Origin: Massalongia carnosa
Lineage: Eukaryota
Assembly: GCA_965645245.1 (NCBI GenBank)
Contig: OZ287075.1
Coordinates: 1,178,001-1,242,000 of the forward strand
Reading direction: 5' to 3'
Length of the DNA stretch: 64,000 nt
Shown here: piece by piece, positions 12,759 to 25,587 of the stretch
Position numbering within the stretch: position 1 is the first letter of the stretch
How the letters are laid out: each line of letters starts with the position of its first letter
Made by a program: the position numbers and the translations under genes
Notes under the pieces: model-generated
Databases searched by the model: none
Seen by the model: the letters and a program-made list of their open reading frames with translations, nothing else
Told to the model about the DNA's origin: nothing

Positions 12759-12861
12759 ATTCTGATGATTTTGGTGAGGTGCCTTGAAAATTTTGGTGAG
12801 GGGGCCCTGACCCCCATTAGGTAAAAACTTTTGACACCCACTGTGCTGGCTTTTCGCCGTA

Positions 12862-14296
12862 ACGTAATTCACCGCTATTCGGAACACCCGCTTATTCGGA
12901 ACTAATAAATTTGATACCAACCTTCGTAATTTTTTATCACCGCCGCATCCGCAAAAGTTCTAGCACATGTACTTGGGAATTGATGAACAGGTTCTAGTGA
13001 ATATATATAGCTAGCATAAGCTTGTAGAGCTACATTTTACTAGTGTTACAGATGACACGACCGCGCGAGCTAACCCGAACCTCTAAAACTTCCTACTTCT
13101 CCCCCTTTCCTACTATTTCCACATCACCTTATACCAACCTAGTGATATTTTTCTTTCTTGGTATATCTTTTCCTTTATTTCGAGCAGTTTTTTTCTTCTC
13201 CTTCAAACCCTAGGTCACCCTCAACTGTCTCCTTAAAAATATGAGGTGTAATCTGAATAAGGTCGTGAAAAGCGTTTTGAAAGATAGAATCGTCTCGTTT
13301 CTTATTTTTAAGTAAAGATCAAGATGTTACAAGATCAGGCAAGTATATTAGGTCGGGCTCAAATCGCATTAGGTCTTTAGATACCTGAAAAAATAGTCGA
13401 TCGTTCTGTTTTTCTTTCCTTACCTGTGATCTAGCCTCTTTCTCCTTTTTCTTATTTTCAGCTAGTTGTCTTCTTTTCTCCACATCTTCTAAACTCAGTA
13501 CGCGATCCCCTTGAACATCGTATTGAGTGCCCGTACGTTGAGCTCGTTGTTTTTTTCGTGTATTGGCTGCTAAAAGCTCCGTATTAGTACGATTCAAGAC
13601 AATACGATCAGTCATAGCAAGCCTAGCTGCTTTAAGGGTTTTTTGTAGAAGAGTAAGCTTAGAAGAATCAAGAGTCTGATGGCGAATAGTAATATAAACT
13701 CCTCAACCTCTGAGACTTGTTCTATGTTTCCTGATATTGGTGATATTTGGCCTAAAAGATAACGCGTTTGAATAAGAGTACTAGCGCTAGGTAGAGTGTC
13801 ATCGTCCATATAAGGCTTAGCTGATATTTTGTCAAAGGCGGAGTCTAGTAGCTCTAACCCAAGCTCTGAAGAGATCCCTCCTCGGGCGTTAACCTCTACT
13901 TTGAAGTAACGTACGATACCTGGTCCTGGCGACCGTTTATCCTGGGATACAATGTTGTTTTCGGTACCGCATGAAGTCAAGCAACTTGCGTAAAATAGAT
14001 AACGACCCTTCTGCCTTCTCATAGACCTTAACTGCCTATTTTAAACGTTCTCTAACCTCGTATTTCAAGGTAGTACGCAATCCCGATTTTGTAACTCGAA
14101 ACTGCCGGGAAGAAGCCATTTCAGCGGTGTAATTTATCGATAATCGGCTGATATAATAATTATAATACCCTTTGCCTTATTAAATCAGTTTTAGGGTTTT
14201 CTTCAATAGGTTGTAGAAGAGATAATGGTTGAAAGTAAGTTTCGTGGTTTTGTTAGTTCCGAATAAGCGGGTGTTCCGAATACAGGTGAATTACGT
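12862..14296 (-). mobile_element. Internally deleted, degenerate Fot1/pogo-like element (non-autonomous)
   Basis: TIRs ACGTAATTCACC...TATTCGGAACACCCGCTTATTCGGAACTAA at both ends and TA TSD (12860-12861, 14297-14298). Relic HTH (VPKTTLYPRINGR) and transposase C-terminal fragments with stops; no DDD core seen. Confidence 0.88.
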
Positions 14297-15074
14297 TAGG
14301 TGGTAGGCTGTAAACTCCTACAGAGACTCCGGATTGGCTTACTCAGCATGTTTACCAAGAAATTTGCTGGCTTCATGTTAGTCATCCCCCTCGGCATCCC
14401 CTTTCCGCTGCCCCCTGAAAGGAATGATTACTCCGTACCATGCAAATCTCCTAAGAAATGAACGCTCGAAAATCTTCTTCGCGGAAGACTTCAACCTACG
14501 AGTACAAATCGAGTACAAATCAAGTACAAATCATCTCGGTCGGGTTCGACTGTCATCCCCATACACTAACTTAACCCAGCACTAACCTGATGGCATCCGT
14601 TTCCGCCTGTGCAATTCAGAGTGGGATCGCATCCTTGTACCAATGACGCATTTCCCCTTCCGCTCTTTGGGGCACTAATCTCCGAATCAATCTTCCAATT
14701 CAAACCTTCGAAAATGAGAAAGAATCGAACGTTTAACGCGGACCGCGCCGTTGACATTTGGGTACTGTTGCTGGCGTGGGAAACAAATCACTAACAAAAA
14801 GTTTTCCTCTATCTGTACTTGGTATGCTCTGGCCTCTCTGGCCTACCACCCCCTGAAGCATCATGAGTGTGTCGCTGACAAAGGACGCAATGACAAGCAT
14901 CTTGACTTTAGGCTAAACGATTCCACAAACGTCAGCCCACATTGGATGCAGGATGCGTGAAGAGGGGGGAAATAACTTCAAGAGCGTGTGTGACTGTCAT
15001 TGTTTGCTTGGAGTCTGCCCCTTGGCCCTAGACTCCCCCATCAGAGGAGCCGGACAATTGGTGGACCGGCCTCG

Positions 15075-17501
15075 ATGATGAGGATTATCAACGTTGAAGA
15101 TCAAGAGCGAACCGCCAATCAATTTATCAGCGTAAGAATTGCAGGAAAGCCCTTGAAGAAGCAGAAGAGCATCACAAGGCTATTCTCCTCGTCATCCAAG
15201 GCGTTGAGAGTCCCACCCCACCCCAATCTCGTACATCAACCAACGACACCTCCTAAGACTTTCACGCCCTTAACAACCCCATCACAATCCCCAGAAACCT
15301 TTCCTACAAGAACGCAATCTAAACCTGCTATTCAAGCGTTAGATAAAGCCGATCAATCGTCGAGCGGTAGGGGGAAAGGGGGCTTGCCTGTTGTGCAGGA
15401 AATACAGAACCAAAATGTGAATGTAACCACGAACGGGGAAGATTCTCCCCCCCCTACCGATATACGCCCTAGCGAGGAGAGCGATTCCGAGATGCCAGAA
15501 GATGCCAGCACAAATCGCGTCGCAAAAGCTGGAGAACCGGCGCTACATGGGTCCTCCGTCTTGCCACCGCTGCCGGAACGGTCTTCCTCATTGGCCGCCC
15601 CAACCCCATTGACCGGCCGAATGCGTGGAGCACCGGCATCGTCACACATACTCCAACCTACGCCTTTAAGAATCGCGACGCCATTTCGACCGTCCACCGC
15701 TGCCGGTATGTACCGTTTCAATCAGCACTACCCGAAAGGACCGTTACAAGTCGGTGCCCCTATCGTTGAAGGCCAACTCACTCCAATTTCAGCCGAGGAG
15801 AGGTTTCCGTCAGGCGCTTATAGCCCCTGGGAACTCACAAATGACAGCGCAGAAGTTCGGACGAGTCTTCGGTCTGCGTTGACCAGCAACTCGAGCTTCT
15901 ACGATGCAACGAGTACGGAACGGAGCAGTGTTGCCACCAAAAACACCTCGATTGGAGGACTTATCTATGAGTCCCAATCGTCGATGTCTAAGCATGCTTC
16001 AATGACTGTTGATGATGCTATAGATATGTATGCTGCGGGATTTTCGGATGATATCGATAGCCCGAAGAACGCACCGGTCCCGTGGCCGTTGGGCGAAGTA
16101 GAAAGTAGGCAGTCGCTGAAAGTAGCCGAAGCTATATACGAGAATATCGAGGCTGATACAACCCTGCATGCACGTCCATTATCAGCCAAGTCTACTAGCT
16201 CGGCGGCAATCATGTCTGGTAATGCCCCCCGGACCGACTCGCCGGCGCCGGCGCCAGCGCCATCTCTGGTACAAGTACCTACGGCCATGCGTGATCAGTA
16301 TGGTTTTCTCAAAGCCAATCATCAAACCACGAACGAACAGTATGATGCCTGGAATGCTACATACCGCTCGAGTCAAAAAATACGAACTCAGAAGTGGCTG
16401 TTGTACATGAGAGAAAATAGTCTACCGACCCATGCACCATTTCAATTCCCATCACGATCAGCAAAGACGCAACGTTTCATCCGCAAGGGAATTCCTCCCG
16501 ACTGGCGGGGAAACGCTTGGTTTTTCTATGCTGGGGGTGACCGGTTCCTCCAGAAACATCCCGGCCTCTTTTCTACCTTGGTATCTCGCTCCCACTCAGA
16601 ATTAAGTAACAACGACAAAGACATGATCGAGCGCGACTTACATCGTACATTCCCCGACAACATCCATTTCAAACCCGAACCAACCGTTTGCTCATTCGCG
16701 AAATACCCATCCATTGAGACTCCGCTCCTTTCGTCCCTACGCCGCGTCCTCCAAGCATTCGCGCTCTACTGCCCACGAATCGGCTACTGCCAATCCCTTA
16801 ACTTCATCGCCGGCCTTCTCCTCGTTTTTCTGCCCGAAGAAAAAGCATTTTGGATGCTCCACATCATCACGACGGACCACCTACCTGGAACTCATGACGT
16901 TAGTCTCGAAGGCGCCAACGTCGACCTCTGGGTTCTCATGCTAGCCTTTAAGCAAAGCCTTCCAGCCCTCTGGCCGAAAATCGGCAACGTCGACGGCCTC
17001 TCCCAGTCCCACCCATCCCGCAGCGAACCCGCCCGCCTGCCGACGATCAGTCTCTGCACCACAAGCTGGTTCATGTCTCTCTTCATCGGCACGCTACCCA
17101 TCGAGTCCGTGCTACGCGTGTGGGATGTGCTCTTTTACGAGGGTAGCCGTACGCTATTTCGCGTCGCATTGGCAGTTTTCAAGCTTGGCGAGGCGCGCAT
17201 CAAGGCCATCAGCGACCCCATGGAGATCTTTCAGCTCGTGCAGGCGCTGCCGCGCGGGATGCTGGATGTAGGTGTGTTGATGGAGACGGCGTTTCGGCGT
17301 GGTGGGGGTGTCAGCCAGGAGTGGGTCGAGAAGCGAAGGAGGCAGCGCAAGAAATGGTACGCGAGCGCCAGGGCTCAAGCTGCTGCTTCTGCTGCTCTAG
17401 GGCCGGACTGTGGGGCTTCTTCAGCGGCCTCATCGCCAATGTTGAGCAAGGCCAACTCGGTCTGGAGACGGCGAGTTGGGCAGCAACGGCTCGGGGATTG
17501 A
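15075..17501 (+). CDS. GYP3: TBC-domain Rab GTPase-activating protein, Msb3/Gyp3-like
   Basis: Long low-complexity N-terminus, then RDQYGF, IRKGIPPDWRGNAW, IERDLHRTFP, IGYCQSLNFIAG and SVLRVWD. Start codon uncertain. Confidence 0.85.
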   Translation: MMRIINVEDQERTANQFISVRIAGKPLKKQKSITRLFSSSSKALRVPPHPNLVHQPTTPPKTFTPLTTPSQSPETFPTRTQSKPAIQALDKADQSSSGRGKGGLPVVQEIQNQNVNVTTNGEDSPPPTDIRPSEESDSEMPEDASTNRVAKAGEPALHGSSVLPPLPERSSSLAAPTPLTGRMRGAPASSHILQPTPLRIATPFRPSTAAGMYRFNQHYPKGPLQVGAPIVEGQLTPISAEERFPSGAYSPWELTNDSAEVRTSLRSALTSNSSFYDATSTERSSVATKNTSIGGLIYESQSSMSKHASMTVDDAIDMYAAGFSDDIDSPKNAPVPWPLGEVESRQSLKVAEAIYENIEADTTLHARPLSAKSTSSAAIMSGNAPRTDSPAPAPAPSLVQVPTAMRDQYGFLKANHQTTNEQYDAWNATYRSSQKIRTQKWLLYMRENSLPTHAPFQFPSRSAKTQRFIRKGIPPDWRGNAWFFYAGGDRFLQKHPGLFSTLVSRSHSELSNNDKDMIERDLHRTFPDNIHFKPEPTVCSFAKYPSIETPLLSSLRRVLQAFALYCPRIGYCQSLNFIAGLLLVFLPEEKAFWMLHIITTDHLPGTHDVSLEGANVDLWVLMLAFKQSLPALWPKIGNVDGLSQSHPSRSEPARLPTISLCTTSWFMSLFIGTLPIESVLRVWDVLFYEGSRTLFRVALAVFKLGEARIKAISDPMEIFQLVQALPRGMLDVGVLMETAFRRGGGVSQEWVEKRRRQRKKWYASARAQAAASAALGPDCGASSAASSPMLSKANSVWRRRVGQQRLGD

Positions 17502-18703
17502 AAAGATGGGGAGGGAAGGAGGTTTGGCGTTGGGATGGGACCATCCCGGGGGTTTTCCGTGAATCTCGCAAAGCACGGCGCTGGTGACGGTTTGCTTGAC
17601 TAGAGACTTGGTAGGAAAATGGAGCATCGGAGGGGGAGCAAGGGGTATATACCATATTGGTCACCTTTTGCTTTTGAGCGGCTAGGTGCTTGTTCACCAC
17701 CAACCAACCAAATCAACCATGCGAGGGAGTTTTACCTTTTTCCCCTTTTTCTTTTTTCTTTCTTTTTTTTTGCCTACACACTTCAATGTACACCCATACA
17801 TACACAATATGAACGAAGACGTGCGGGTAAGACAGCTTAAATCCCAATGACCGTGGTTTGGAAAAGCAGGCGACCTGGCGGGTTACGACCATTTCATTAG
17901 ATTAAACCCCCCCCTCCCCCCGGGGTAATCAATCGATCAGCTACTATCCATGTATCAATGTCCAACATCCGTCTTCCTCTCCTTCTCCCCCTTTCCTCAT
18001 TTTTCCTCGTCAATCCTTGATGCCCCGATCCTTACAGCTCGCCTACCAACCCATCCACCTGATCGATTCACTGGATAGATAGATAGAACGGCCAATCCCT
18101 TTCCGTGCGCCCAGGGTATAGAGTGTAGGACAGCGGAGCGGAAGAAGAAGACAATCAAAGACAAAGATGAAAGGTGAAGGTCAAAAAGGAAAAAGGAAGA
18201 GGGAAAATTGAATGGGGGAGGGGGAGGAAAGATGCAAGAAGGAAATGAATGACGATCCAAGGGAGTGCCGAAGCAAGAGCCAGAATGACCAACGCAAAAG
18301 AAGACACTCTTTCCGTTGATTCGATTCTTTCGCAAGGAAATCCGGAAGGAGGGGGAAATAAAACAAATACATAAACAGATGCTAAATTACCCACGCCACA
18401 ATCCCATGAAGAACTGCCCCCTTCTTCCATTATAGCGCGGTGCTCCAAATTTTCCGTCTTGACCGGGGGGAAAAAAAACGGAAACGAGGGCATGCAGGCC
18501 AGAGATATCCGCTAGCACAACATCCAACATCCAATCCAGCCAACATCAAAATACCAGCGCCCGCTCTCTTCACTTTAGTCACCCCGGTCCATTCAGTCTG
18601 GATTAATTACCCCCTTTCTCCCTTGCTCTTAATCGACCAGATACATACGCATGCCATCTGCTCCCCCGTATAAATCTGCTCTTCGTTGGCTCCTTCGCAA
18701 CAC

Positions 18704-19827
18704 CTACAGCGCTGCCCTGCCGGCCACAGCAGCGGCTGCGCAAGCCACCATCCAGCTGAGCCTCCCGAAGCTTGTGGTGGCGCCGCCTTTGAAAGGGATT
18801 GGCTGGTTGGTCGCGACGGTGATGTTGCTGGAGGGAGCTTTGAAAGGAGAGAGCTGGATTTGACAGTGGCTGGTTAGCTGGAACTGATGGAAGGTTATTT
18901 GATGGGGAGAAAGCGGCCTTCAACGAGAATCCGAGTAAAGTAGTGTTAGGAGAGTTAGAGAGAAAGAGAAAAATAGAAGAGCATTGATTGCTTACCACGG
19001 AGGTTGAGCTTATGAGGCTAGTCTGAACAGCGGAAGGATAAATCGAATCCAACGACTGGGTGATCGAAACAACGGCTGAGGAGGTAGAGTATACAGCTGT
19101 AGAGGCAGAGCCGGTAGAGGTAGCAGAGTCGGAGATGAAGGACGACGAAGTGGCCCCGTAAACGGAGAAATAAGCTGAATACATGGACGAAGATGCGTCG
19201 GCGAAAGAGGCAATCAAAACTGAATCAGACGATACGTCTGTTGCATGGGAGGTGAGCACGCTACTGGCGGCGACGGCCGTACTAGAAAAAACATCCTCCA
19301 CCGACGAAGGAGCTGCCTCTAGGACACTGGTGGATGTGACATCGCTGCCTGACGCTGTGACGGTAGGTAATGTGGATGGGGGCACTACGCCTACATTTCC
19401 ACAGAACAATTCCGCGAACGCGACCGTTGCTGTGAACGAGCTTGTCAGCAGCTAGGCTATGGTAGCGGAATTATTTTTAAAGGGCGAACACAGTTTCAGA
19501 GAAAGGATGCTGGAGAAAAAGGGTATACCTAGCTGATCAGTCTCACTGCAATTTCCCATGACTGATGCTGAAAGGGAGGTGAGAAATTCGCTGGCGCTGC
19601 AGATGCATTTAATATCTGAAATGCCACAGCCTGTTTGAGTAATGCCGCTTGACGCAGCAGCTTTCTAATTTGGGGGCAGGTGGTTTAGTTTATGTTGCTA
19701 TCACGGTAACTCGATGGGAGACTGATCAGAAGCTACCTACCGCACAATCTGGGATCGAGCTTAGGTCTTGAGAGTTGACGCAGCGTAAAGCGAGGGCAAT
19801 AAACGAGGCGATGATGGTGTAGTACAT
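18704..19827 (-). CDS. CFEM-domain, Ser/Thr-rich, probably GPI-anchored cell-surface protein (multi-exon)
   Basis: Signal peptide MYYTIIASFIALAL; Cys pattern IPDCA...GCGISDIKCICS...GNCS...LFC; S/T-rich stalk; after an intron (~18995-18853) a hydrophobic tail FKGGATTSFGRLSWMVACAAAAVAGRAAL*. Confidence 0.8.
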
Positions 19828-22044
19828 TTTCTCTACTGAAACTTGAAAACGAGCGTTTCTAATTGTAAGAAAATATTAAAATCTAGAGCAAAAACGAATG
19901 GTTGTAGGAGAACAAGGTTTGCTCAACGCTTCTGAAATAGCAGAATAAACAGATTGTTTGAATGTGCATTCCATACCAGATATCAAGGAATGGACGCTTG
20001 CGGTAATCAGGGATGAGAAGTCGACGTGAGTTTACCCTTTCGCGTCGAAATGCCTACCTTGACACCATGGTGAAGCCCCGTCCTGCTGTCTTGGATATCA
20101 GTGATATTGTGATTATAGAAAAAACCTGAAAGAAAAGGCTTAATTTCCATTTTATGTATATTGCAGGCGTATTACGGTGACAGTCACGACGAAAACGGAA
20201 ACAGCACACAGTGAACCAACACGATTGATGCTGAAGTCTTGAGTAAAATGAGCAGCGGAGAAGAAATGCTAAAACGTATTGACAGCTCAGCACTTGCAAA
20301 ATGGCATGCCAAAAATATTGCAAGTCTCGATATTGTAAGGCGTAATAAGCCGCTGTTCCCATATGGAGGCTGTTCTTCTCCCATGGGCTACCTAGTCTAT
20401 CTATATCTGAGTTCGAGTGGGTAGTTAGGTAAGTTTATCAAAAGGTAGAAAGTACGTCTTATTTCACTTTAGAGTGAGTAGAAGGTGCTCCATAAACAGT
20501 TTTTGAGCAGAAATTCTGGTTAACTTGGGTTTTCTTTGGTTTTTGGTCTAAGTTGAGGAAGACGTGAAACAAGCCTCCGCGTCGATAGGCATGGGTTGAA
20601 TCTTTCTGTGGCAACATATTTGTAAGCATGCTTTGAAGGCAAGACGTAGCTAAACATGGCCCATCAGACTAAGTATGCTCCTTGAGTGTAAACCATAAGT
20701 CATCTACAGCATAGCATAGCTAGGACAGGGAGTAGACAAAGGAAGTACAAACACGGCTCTCCTATGCAAGAAAACCTGGGTTGTAGCCTGCTAGCTTGCT
20801 AAACTGATATTGCTAAACTAATATCCAAACCAAAGTATTAGAACGGGGGGCCTGAGTCTGCGAAACGGAAAAGGGATCCAACCTTGAGCATCTGGAGCTG
20901 TACTTGGTGTTTAACTGAGACACGATATTTAGTTGCAAGTGACTTGACCAATCTCAAGAGCCCATGTATCAAATTGCGGACCAAACGCTCAGATGCGAAA
21001 TGCTAAGACTCCCAAGGAACCGTTTAGGATGGCTGAGCTAAGCATAGTCGGTCCCAAGCAGACAGATGTGCATATTTGAGTTAATTAGGGGAATGAACTG
21101 ATTCAATGTCGCACGGCAGACTGCAGATGACTACCGATTAGCACACATTACCAATGCTCCTTACCTGAGGCTGAAGGGAGAACCATTTCATGAGTGTTGG
21201 CAGCGTCATAGAGACTCAGGGCACGAGGAGATGACGAGTAGCTGGTTATGCAAGATTTATAGCCGACAGCCTTACTTCGCCTCTTCACAATTGTTGAAGG
21301 TGCGCGGAGTACCTCGAACGAGAGGATTCAGATGAATGCGTTAGGAGACACGGTGCGTCAAGCATCACAATGACTACTGTGGATGCATCCTCGCTCGGGT
21401 TTCCTCTACCGCATTGGGGAGCTTTTTGTGTGATAGAGAGTAGCCAGTTGGTCAGCCCGTGATTTGATCGGTTTCAAGCTTGATTATGCCCAGGATCCGA
21501 ACAATTGTGAAGGTGCTACATACGGTCCGCGTTTCTTTCAAACGGAGCGATTTGTTCCTAGTAGCTAGAAGCAATTCCCAAAACGGGAATAAGCAAAATT
21601 GGGGGATGACCGATATGTAGTTGAACAGCTGACCAGGTTCGTCTCAGCATTGCCGCCATGCCCAAAGCGCCTTTGGCTCCGTCATCGTCATCGTTCATCA
21701 TCCTGGTTGCGGCAAAGTGCATTCTATGCTTTTCACCAAGTGGAAGGGAAAGAGCACAGGAGCATTGTCCCAAGTTACAAATCGCTTCAGCGGAGCGGGG
21801 AGGCGCGTCTTGATGATGTGATACCAAACGCGACCCAGTTTATAGATACGAAACATTAACAGGAGGTACCTTATATCATACGCTATCCCTAGGTATGTTG
21901 GTACCGTATCCTGATGTTGTTATAAGATATTACCTCAGAATTACCGAGTAATCCTTGATCTGTACAAAGTACTCCATACACAGTTTCGTTATTAGAAACA
22001 CGCTGAAATTAAAGTGTGCACGTGTTAAGATTCTACTCAATTTA

Positions 22045-22083
22045 AGGTGATTAGCAGGTGATTAGCAGGTGATTAGCAGGTGA
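22045..22083. repeat. 11-bp tandem repeat (AGGTGATTAGC) x3.5
   Basis: Directly visible, perfect units. Confidence 0.9.
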
Positions 22084-23988
22084 CGTCATCGCAGCAAAAG
22101 AGAAGCATTTTCTAACAAGGAGCTGCTCAATGACCTCGAGATCCAGGAGGAGTGCATCATGCCACAGTTCATTTATTTTTCAATGGACTAGAACTACGCC
22201 GGTGTGACTTCCCACTGACCGAAGAAAATGACCGAAGAGATCGACACACAGGGGTGCCTGACAGTTGTCTCGCCTACGGAGTAGTTAACTCAGGTCCCAA
22301 GCGGTTGCTCTTTTACTTAGGATCTAAAATCAGGGCCGTTCGCTAAGCAAATCCTAGGCGATAAGGGAATCATCTGAGATCGAAAGCCGTGGATCGGGAT
22401 GTGAAATGGGACACGTGGACAATGCTGTTATGTTGGACAACACCTACTCTATGTGGGAATTGGATGAAGAGCGGTGTCCTGTAGGCAGAAAGGAGGCTCT
22501 GTCTTAGCCTCCGCCTTACGCTTTCTGTTCATCCCACTGGCACACTTTTGCGTCCTGACCCAGACACATTTAATATTTGGAATGTGGACCTGTCAATCCG
22601 CCCAGAAAGGCTGGCGTTGGGCTCGCCTCTACAAGCCGAACGTGCGGCTTTTGAACAATGATGATACTGTAGATGAGGCAAGCCACCCCATCTTCCCTGC
22701 TTTTTCCAAGGCGATTTAGAAGGTAACCGGGAATCTACTACATGTATCCACGGGGCGAGACGTCCACGGATGATTTAAATGGACTAGCGATTCTCATACA
22801 TGATTGGCTTGAACAATCTCACAGAGGATGAGATGGAAGCATATGGGAGTATATCGTACGAATGCTCTGTACAATACACAGGCAGAGGATGCCAATGCTG
22901 GGATCCAACGTAAGCATACGGATATACAGCCATATAGAGTACCTGTTACACAATACAGCGTACCCGGTACATGACCAGAACGGTTTGAGTGCTTGTACTT
23001 TTCCGATCCCCCTGGATCAAGGTACCCGTGCGGCAGTGGTTCCTCTTCCTCCTTTTTCTTCCTCCCTCTCCCTTTCCCTCTCCTTCCTCCTACACCTCCT
23101 CTCCCTCCGACACCTCGTTCTCATCCGATGATCGACTCCCCGATGACTAGAACATGCAATTCTTCGAAGCTTCTAAAGCCTCTGCAAGGGGTGCTGGCCA
23201 ATTAACTTGCACAGGCGCGGCAGGTGACAAGACGTCCCGAGATCCCAACTTTACTCCCAACTGGATGGTCACCAATCATTTTATGGCGTAGCGAATTGAA
23301 TATAACCATGTGGGCAGCTGATCATTCCTATTTTTGCCTTCTATATTTTCCCAACCTCCCCAGATGACATGGTATGACACTCTTATCCTTGCGGTCTAGA
23401 ATGTCCCTTCTTCCTTCTCACTCTCCAACCACCACAAACCAAAAAAACATCGCTATCCCCTTCCCCTTCACCCTTCCCTCCCCCCTTCCCTCTATCTGCA
23501 CCAGAACGACTCCTGCACTGACATTAATTAATCTCCTCGGCGGATGTCTTGGGCCACCCACCCCGATCGATCAACCTCACAAATTTGGGCTCTGCCCTAT
23601 CTGCCATGTGTGAAGCCTATAGCTAGCTCATTATTGCTTTGTCCCCCTTCCGTATGAAACCATGTCCTTGCGTTCTGCTTTTGCTATCACATCTGTAGGC
23701 ACATATAACAACGCCCAGCTTGTTCAACTCGCACTCCCTCATGCCTCCATCCGTCTTAACTAACAGACCATATTCACTATCACTATCACTATCACTACCT
23801 CTACCACCGCAGCTATCACGTCTTTTTGACTTCACGCTTGCCTTAGCGTTCCGCACTTTGGCCACCTTCACTGCAACAGCGCCACCGTGAAACCTCAAGG
23901 GCGGCATGATTGGATGCTGATATCTCGAACCATGTCCATCACATAATCCTTAGTTCGACGCTCATCGGGTGAGCGTATAATCCTTAAG

Positions 23989-25587
23989 ATGGCTGAAGGC
24001 TTGCCTGAAGGGCTGGTTAGGAATAGTCAGAGTATCACTGGCGAAATAGAGAGAGTTGATCAAGTGGCAATCGAAGACATCATACAGTTGTGGAAAGGTT
24101 GTTTGCATTTCAAGTGCTTATGCTAGTAATATTGCTGGCGCCGGCTGATCTCGACCTTTGCTCTAGTCTATTCCACCAACAAAGCTGTCTTGGCCGACGG
24201 TGTGGGCCGCCGGCTAGAAAACTTCTTCTGGAGGATCTGGAGCAATGCAGGAATACGAAATCAAATCAAAGGCAGCCAGGTCGCTATGCTATTCAGCAAG
24301 ATATCCGAGGGAGGATTCCTGAGAACCACACCTACACAATCACCTCGGACCTTAAGAAGTTCCAGAAGCTATAGACAAGTGAAGATTTCTGACGCCGAAG
24401 ATTTGCCAACCTCGTCCACGACGCGCGCATCCTCTGCTCGCACTCAAGCTCGATCGAGGGCAGCCGCAAACGAGAATCGGCAGAATAGTGGCCATTTACA
24501 GGCCACGTCACGCGCTATATCTAAGTCTAGCCCACCTTCTGAGCGATCAACGAGAGATGAAAACCTACCACCATCAATTCTAAAAAAATCCAGAGCCGAG
24601 TCTTCGACTCAGCTTGCAAAGAATACACGACTTCTATCTCCAACTTTTGAGTCGCTTCGACAGACCACATCGAGCGGGAATGATGAAGTCCTTGTAGCGT
24701 TCGGATCACCCTTTGCGGATGTTACAACAAGGGGCAATGGGGGAAAGTCCATACGCCGTGAGCACCCGTCACAAATAAGCAAGGACTCAAGTTCTGGAGA
24801 GAACAGACCAAGACCTCTACCTCACGAAGCGAGCCCTACAGAAGACAAGGGTTCAAGAACTCATGACGATAATAATCAGAAGCTCGCAAGAAAAAAGCCG
24901 GCTTTTCATGCCAAAACTGGAGCGAGTCGGAAAAGACCTACGATTACTCGGCGAAAGTCGTCTCAATCATCCTCTAGCAATGTTTTAAACCTTACAGCAC
25001 CACCTCCATCTAGCAAAAGAACCCTCTCTCAGAAGGAACCTATAGACGTAGGCCCCAGTTCAGACGAAATCTCCCATCGCAAGACGTCTTCCACAACAAT
25101 CTCTAGATCTGGAAGTCCCTACCCCTTGAAGAACAATGCGATTAACATCGAAGACGATTTGTTGAGCAGTGACAACGACGAGGAAGAGCTTTCCGGTGAA
25201 GGAAGCGATAGCTTTCAAGCCAGTCTAGTCGATCGTGATTTCAGGTCGAAGTTTGCACAAAAGATACGCGCCGAGCCTCGACCAGTAGGCTCATTGCACG
25301 CCTTGGAAGGCAAGTCAGGTTCGGCCGTGGGGGCTTCTGGGGCTTCCCCCATCGTTAGCGCAACCCGATTAAAACTACCGAAACAAAACAGCGGAAAAAG
25401 CAAGCGAAGTGTGGAGTTTAAGGACGAAATCATACCGTTGAAGCCGCCGGGAGTCTCGGGTCCCGAGGAAGACGAGGACGGTGCGGCCAACTTACCACGG
25501 ACGAAGAGCCAGCTAACTTTCCTTTTAACGAAAGACCGGCAAACGGAGGAGAGCGATGACAAGCCCAAGTCTAGCGGAGGACGGTGA
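23989..25587 (+). CDS. Fungal protein with N-terminal DUF1752 (AreA-N-like) motif and long disordered Ser/Arg-rich tail
   Basis: QLWKVYS...GRRLENFFWRIW motif formed across intron 24098-24166. Confidence 0.75.

Larger units (their letters stand above)
8859..12845 (+). mobile_element. Tc1/IS630-like element whose left TIR is interrupted by a nested Fot1/pogo element
   Basis: TIR CACAGTGGGTGTCAAAAGTTTTTACCTAAT at 8859-8888 and its complement at 12816-12845. Removing the nested element restores ...ACCTAATGAGGGT, matching ...ACCTAATGGGGGT at the other end. Confidence 0.92.

Noticed and set aside
19900..23900. Many short ORFs in the six-frame track
   Set aside because: No recognisable motifs or consistent exon structure; likely intergenic/UTR sequence with microsatellites such as (CACTAT)n near 23775.
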